DNA of 64,000 bases, taken from Octopus sinensis (taxonomy: Eukaryota). Positions 61,804-64,000 of the stretch are shown one piece after another. The notes below the pieces were generated by a model. That model saw only the letters and a list, made by a program, of their open reading frames with translations, had not been told where the DNA came from and searched no databases. The position numbers and the translations under genes are program-made. Every line of letters begins with the position of its first letter. The stretch's first letter is position 1. The stretch is from the NCBI RefSeq assembly GCF_006345805.1, contig NW_021832231.1, positions 186,001-250,000 of the forward strand, in the 5' to 3' direction.

Positions 61804-63004
61804 TTAAATAATCAAAAGAATATTATTAATAGGGAAAGAAGCGGGGGATGAACTCACTCCTTGTGGTGTTTTGAAAAGATGAGCGAAATGCAGCCTCATT
61901 TGTCGAAAATCTAAAAATAATTGCAATAAATACATTTGCTGAATCAACTCGATGGCCATCAACACATTCTCAAGTTGTCCTGTCACCACAATCCGCCTGT
62001 TCTCTCCCCCATCATCGTCTGATATCTTGACACACGCATTCGACTGTCTCCTAATGGTCAGTCAGCCACCCCACCGTATTTGGTCTATGCTCGCCCCCCT
62101 CCGGCCAATCACACACCCCACCTGCCCATTCGGCACTATTATCTCCTGCCTGTACTCCCCTCCCAGCCCCCTTCTATCCCTACAAATATAATCACCACTA
62201 CTTTATTTATATTATTTATAATAATAGAAAATTTAATATTATTTATAATAATTATATTTAATAAATAAAATAATAATACATGGACTGGTTTATAGTGGGG
62301 GATTTGACCTACGGGAATATATAAAGGAATATCCAACATATTTCCAAATGAGTTCATAGCAGTCCACCACATTCCCCACCTGCCCAGTCACCACCAACAA
62401 GACTTGTGCCGAAACCACGTGAGAAGAGAACTCTGCGAGTGTGGAGGAGGCCTGAATATGACACCACAACACCACATTCTCCATTTGTTTTAAATCACCT
62501 ATTTTAATCACGTGCGTCCAGAAAGAGGGGACCAGGAAGGTGACCTTCAGTAGAAAAGTTGGTTTGTCTGATTCGACTTGATAGAGACGTGCCTGTGGAG
62601 GGAGAGGGGACCAAACCTCAGCATTCATCACCGTGGAGAGGGTCATTCGGAGGGAACTGAATATTTGTGACTGGGAGTGAGTGAGGGTGACTATTCTCTC
62701 CACACAACTCCCATCAGATATGGAAAGGCGGCCTTCTATCAGCTATTTTAGTAATTGTTTAAATAAACGTTTTTTCTTAGTGCTTGGATTACTGCCATTC
62801 TACTAATTGTGGAATAAGGCATACTTTTCCTATCAGGATGCCGGCGAGCTAATAAAGTAGTTATATATTTATACTTGATCGAGTAGTATAAACCGAATGA
62901 TGACCAACGAATCACTTTCGGAGGATTGGGGAGGCTCAGATCCTTCTTATTAACTACAAATTTGCACCTATATTTGTGCTAACATCACATAAAGAATGAT
63001 CCAT
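61804..63004 (-). CDS. PCBP: Poly(rC)-binding protein-like triple-KH protein (PCBP/mub family)
   Basis: KH1 IIRFILL..LAGILIGKNG..LSISDGSCVERIVTL; KH3 EIIVPNGQVGCVIGRRGASIDQIRRQSNACVKIS..RRIVVTG. Many 22-29-nt introns; one 1-nt discrepancy near 62790. Confidence 0.87.
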
Positions 63005-63399
63005 AAGAACTGATTAGTTAAACAATTTATTTGTTATTTTTAATATTAATAAATTATAAATTAATTATAATCTAATATTATATTCTGCCCCAAGTAATAA
63101 TTTTTATGCGCTCCCCTGCGGAAAATAATAGTATGAGTCTCGAGGAAGCGGGATATTTGTCTGTCGGGGTGTACGAAAGCACGGAAAATTGAGTGGTTAG
63201 TCCTATCGATGGAGTCAGGAAGATGCCTCCAGCTATCATCAGCGAGGTCGACGGCTCTGGATCTCTTACATTGTCGATGCTACTAAGCAGAGGCTTGGAA
63301 GAATTTCGAGAGGAGGCTGGAAACTTATTGTGAGTGAGTACAACAGTCGATACTTAAAGAACATGGACTTATCTAATGTCAAGAAACTGATGATTCCAA

Positions 63400-63720
63400 A
63401 GAATCAGCAAAAGCAAAAAAACGTGCAAGAAAATGTAGGATTTATTATCAAGTCTACATCGACGAGATTTCTGATATCTTGTATGCTGCGCAATCAGCGT
63501 ATCTGTCCTTAACTTATAAAACGAGGACTAATTCTAACTGGGTTTAAGCTACGGGGAAAAATTGCAACCCTAATGGACCATCAGAATATAGTGAAAATCT
63601 ACGGAGCACTCTAGTCCGAGGAGATTATATTCTGGGAAATGGTTTTATATTGGAACCACATATTTGATCCCAAAAAAGACATCTGTGAAACACCAAACGA
63701 TCCTCTGCCCATCACGGCCC
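63400..63720 (+). mobile_element. R4/NeSL-like RT start, decayed
   Basis: KWFYIGTTYLIPKK..PIT parallels WFYSGITYLIPKK..RPIT at ~27450. Confidence 0.5.
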
Positions 63721-64000
63721 CCTTGGCTGAAGCCTAAGCTATGGATAATGGATCTGGACAGTCGTGAGTTCGATTCCGAAGGAGGCTAGTTTCATCCTGG
63801 GGTCAATTCTCGTTATCGTTCCCCTGCCCGTGAGGCAACGAGTACTTTTGGCACGACACAGTTAAAAAATGGGGATCTCTTACCTTCTTTCCGGCCTTCT
63901 TTCCGGTCTTAACACAAGTCATTGTCTTTGTAGGTTCCTATGGGGGCATGTTGGCCTCCTGGATGATAATTAAGTACCCTCTTTACATCACCAGGTGGAT

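Noticed and set aside
62290-62703. TMUB-like or HORMA-domain gene
   Set aside because: Superficial matches (LIEG, VLWCHI, DCYELIWKY) are better explained as KH1-KH2 of the PCBP gene spanning 61804-63004.
63720-64000. APE endonuclease fragment on the minus strand (IIIQE)
   Set aside because: Single weak motif at the window edge; insufficient support.

Overview
Eukaryotic, AT-rich, transposon-dominated animal DNA; no prokaryotic features. Host genes sit in small same-strand islands and are cut by very short GT-AG introns (mostly 21-32 nt). They are a WDR49/WDY-like WD40 gene, MED31 and PI4KB (2229-8048, +), an hnRNP R/Q gene (31830-33395, -), and PCBP-like and AEBP2/jing-like genes (60948-63004, -). 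Two broken genomic copies of a lophotrochozoan-type tropomyosin gene also occur (14127-15569, 57287-58800). Tiny introns plus mollusc/flatworm-like tropomyosin fit a reduced parasitic bilaterian such as a dicyemid (inference). The rest is nested mobile DNA: CRE-like and R4/NeSL-like RLE retrotransposons, Ingi/Vingi-like and RTE retrotransposons, pogo, Tc1, hAT (Buster-type) and Helitron elements. Most interesting: MED31/PI4KB overlapping on one strand and operon-like gene spacing; a start codon split by an intron; a PHD-finger CRE element 71 nt from a housekeeping start codon; a Helitron carrying a ~95-bp satellite that may encode a 32-aa repeat; a 2A-like NPGP motif; and a twin-priming-like inversion. 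Many single-base homopolymer indels suggest residual long-read errors, so some frameshifts may be artefacts. All protein assignments are by eye, without database searches.
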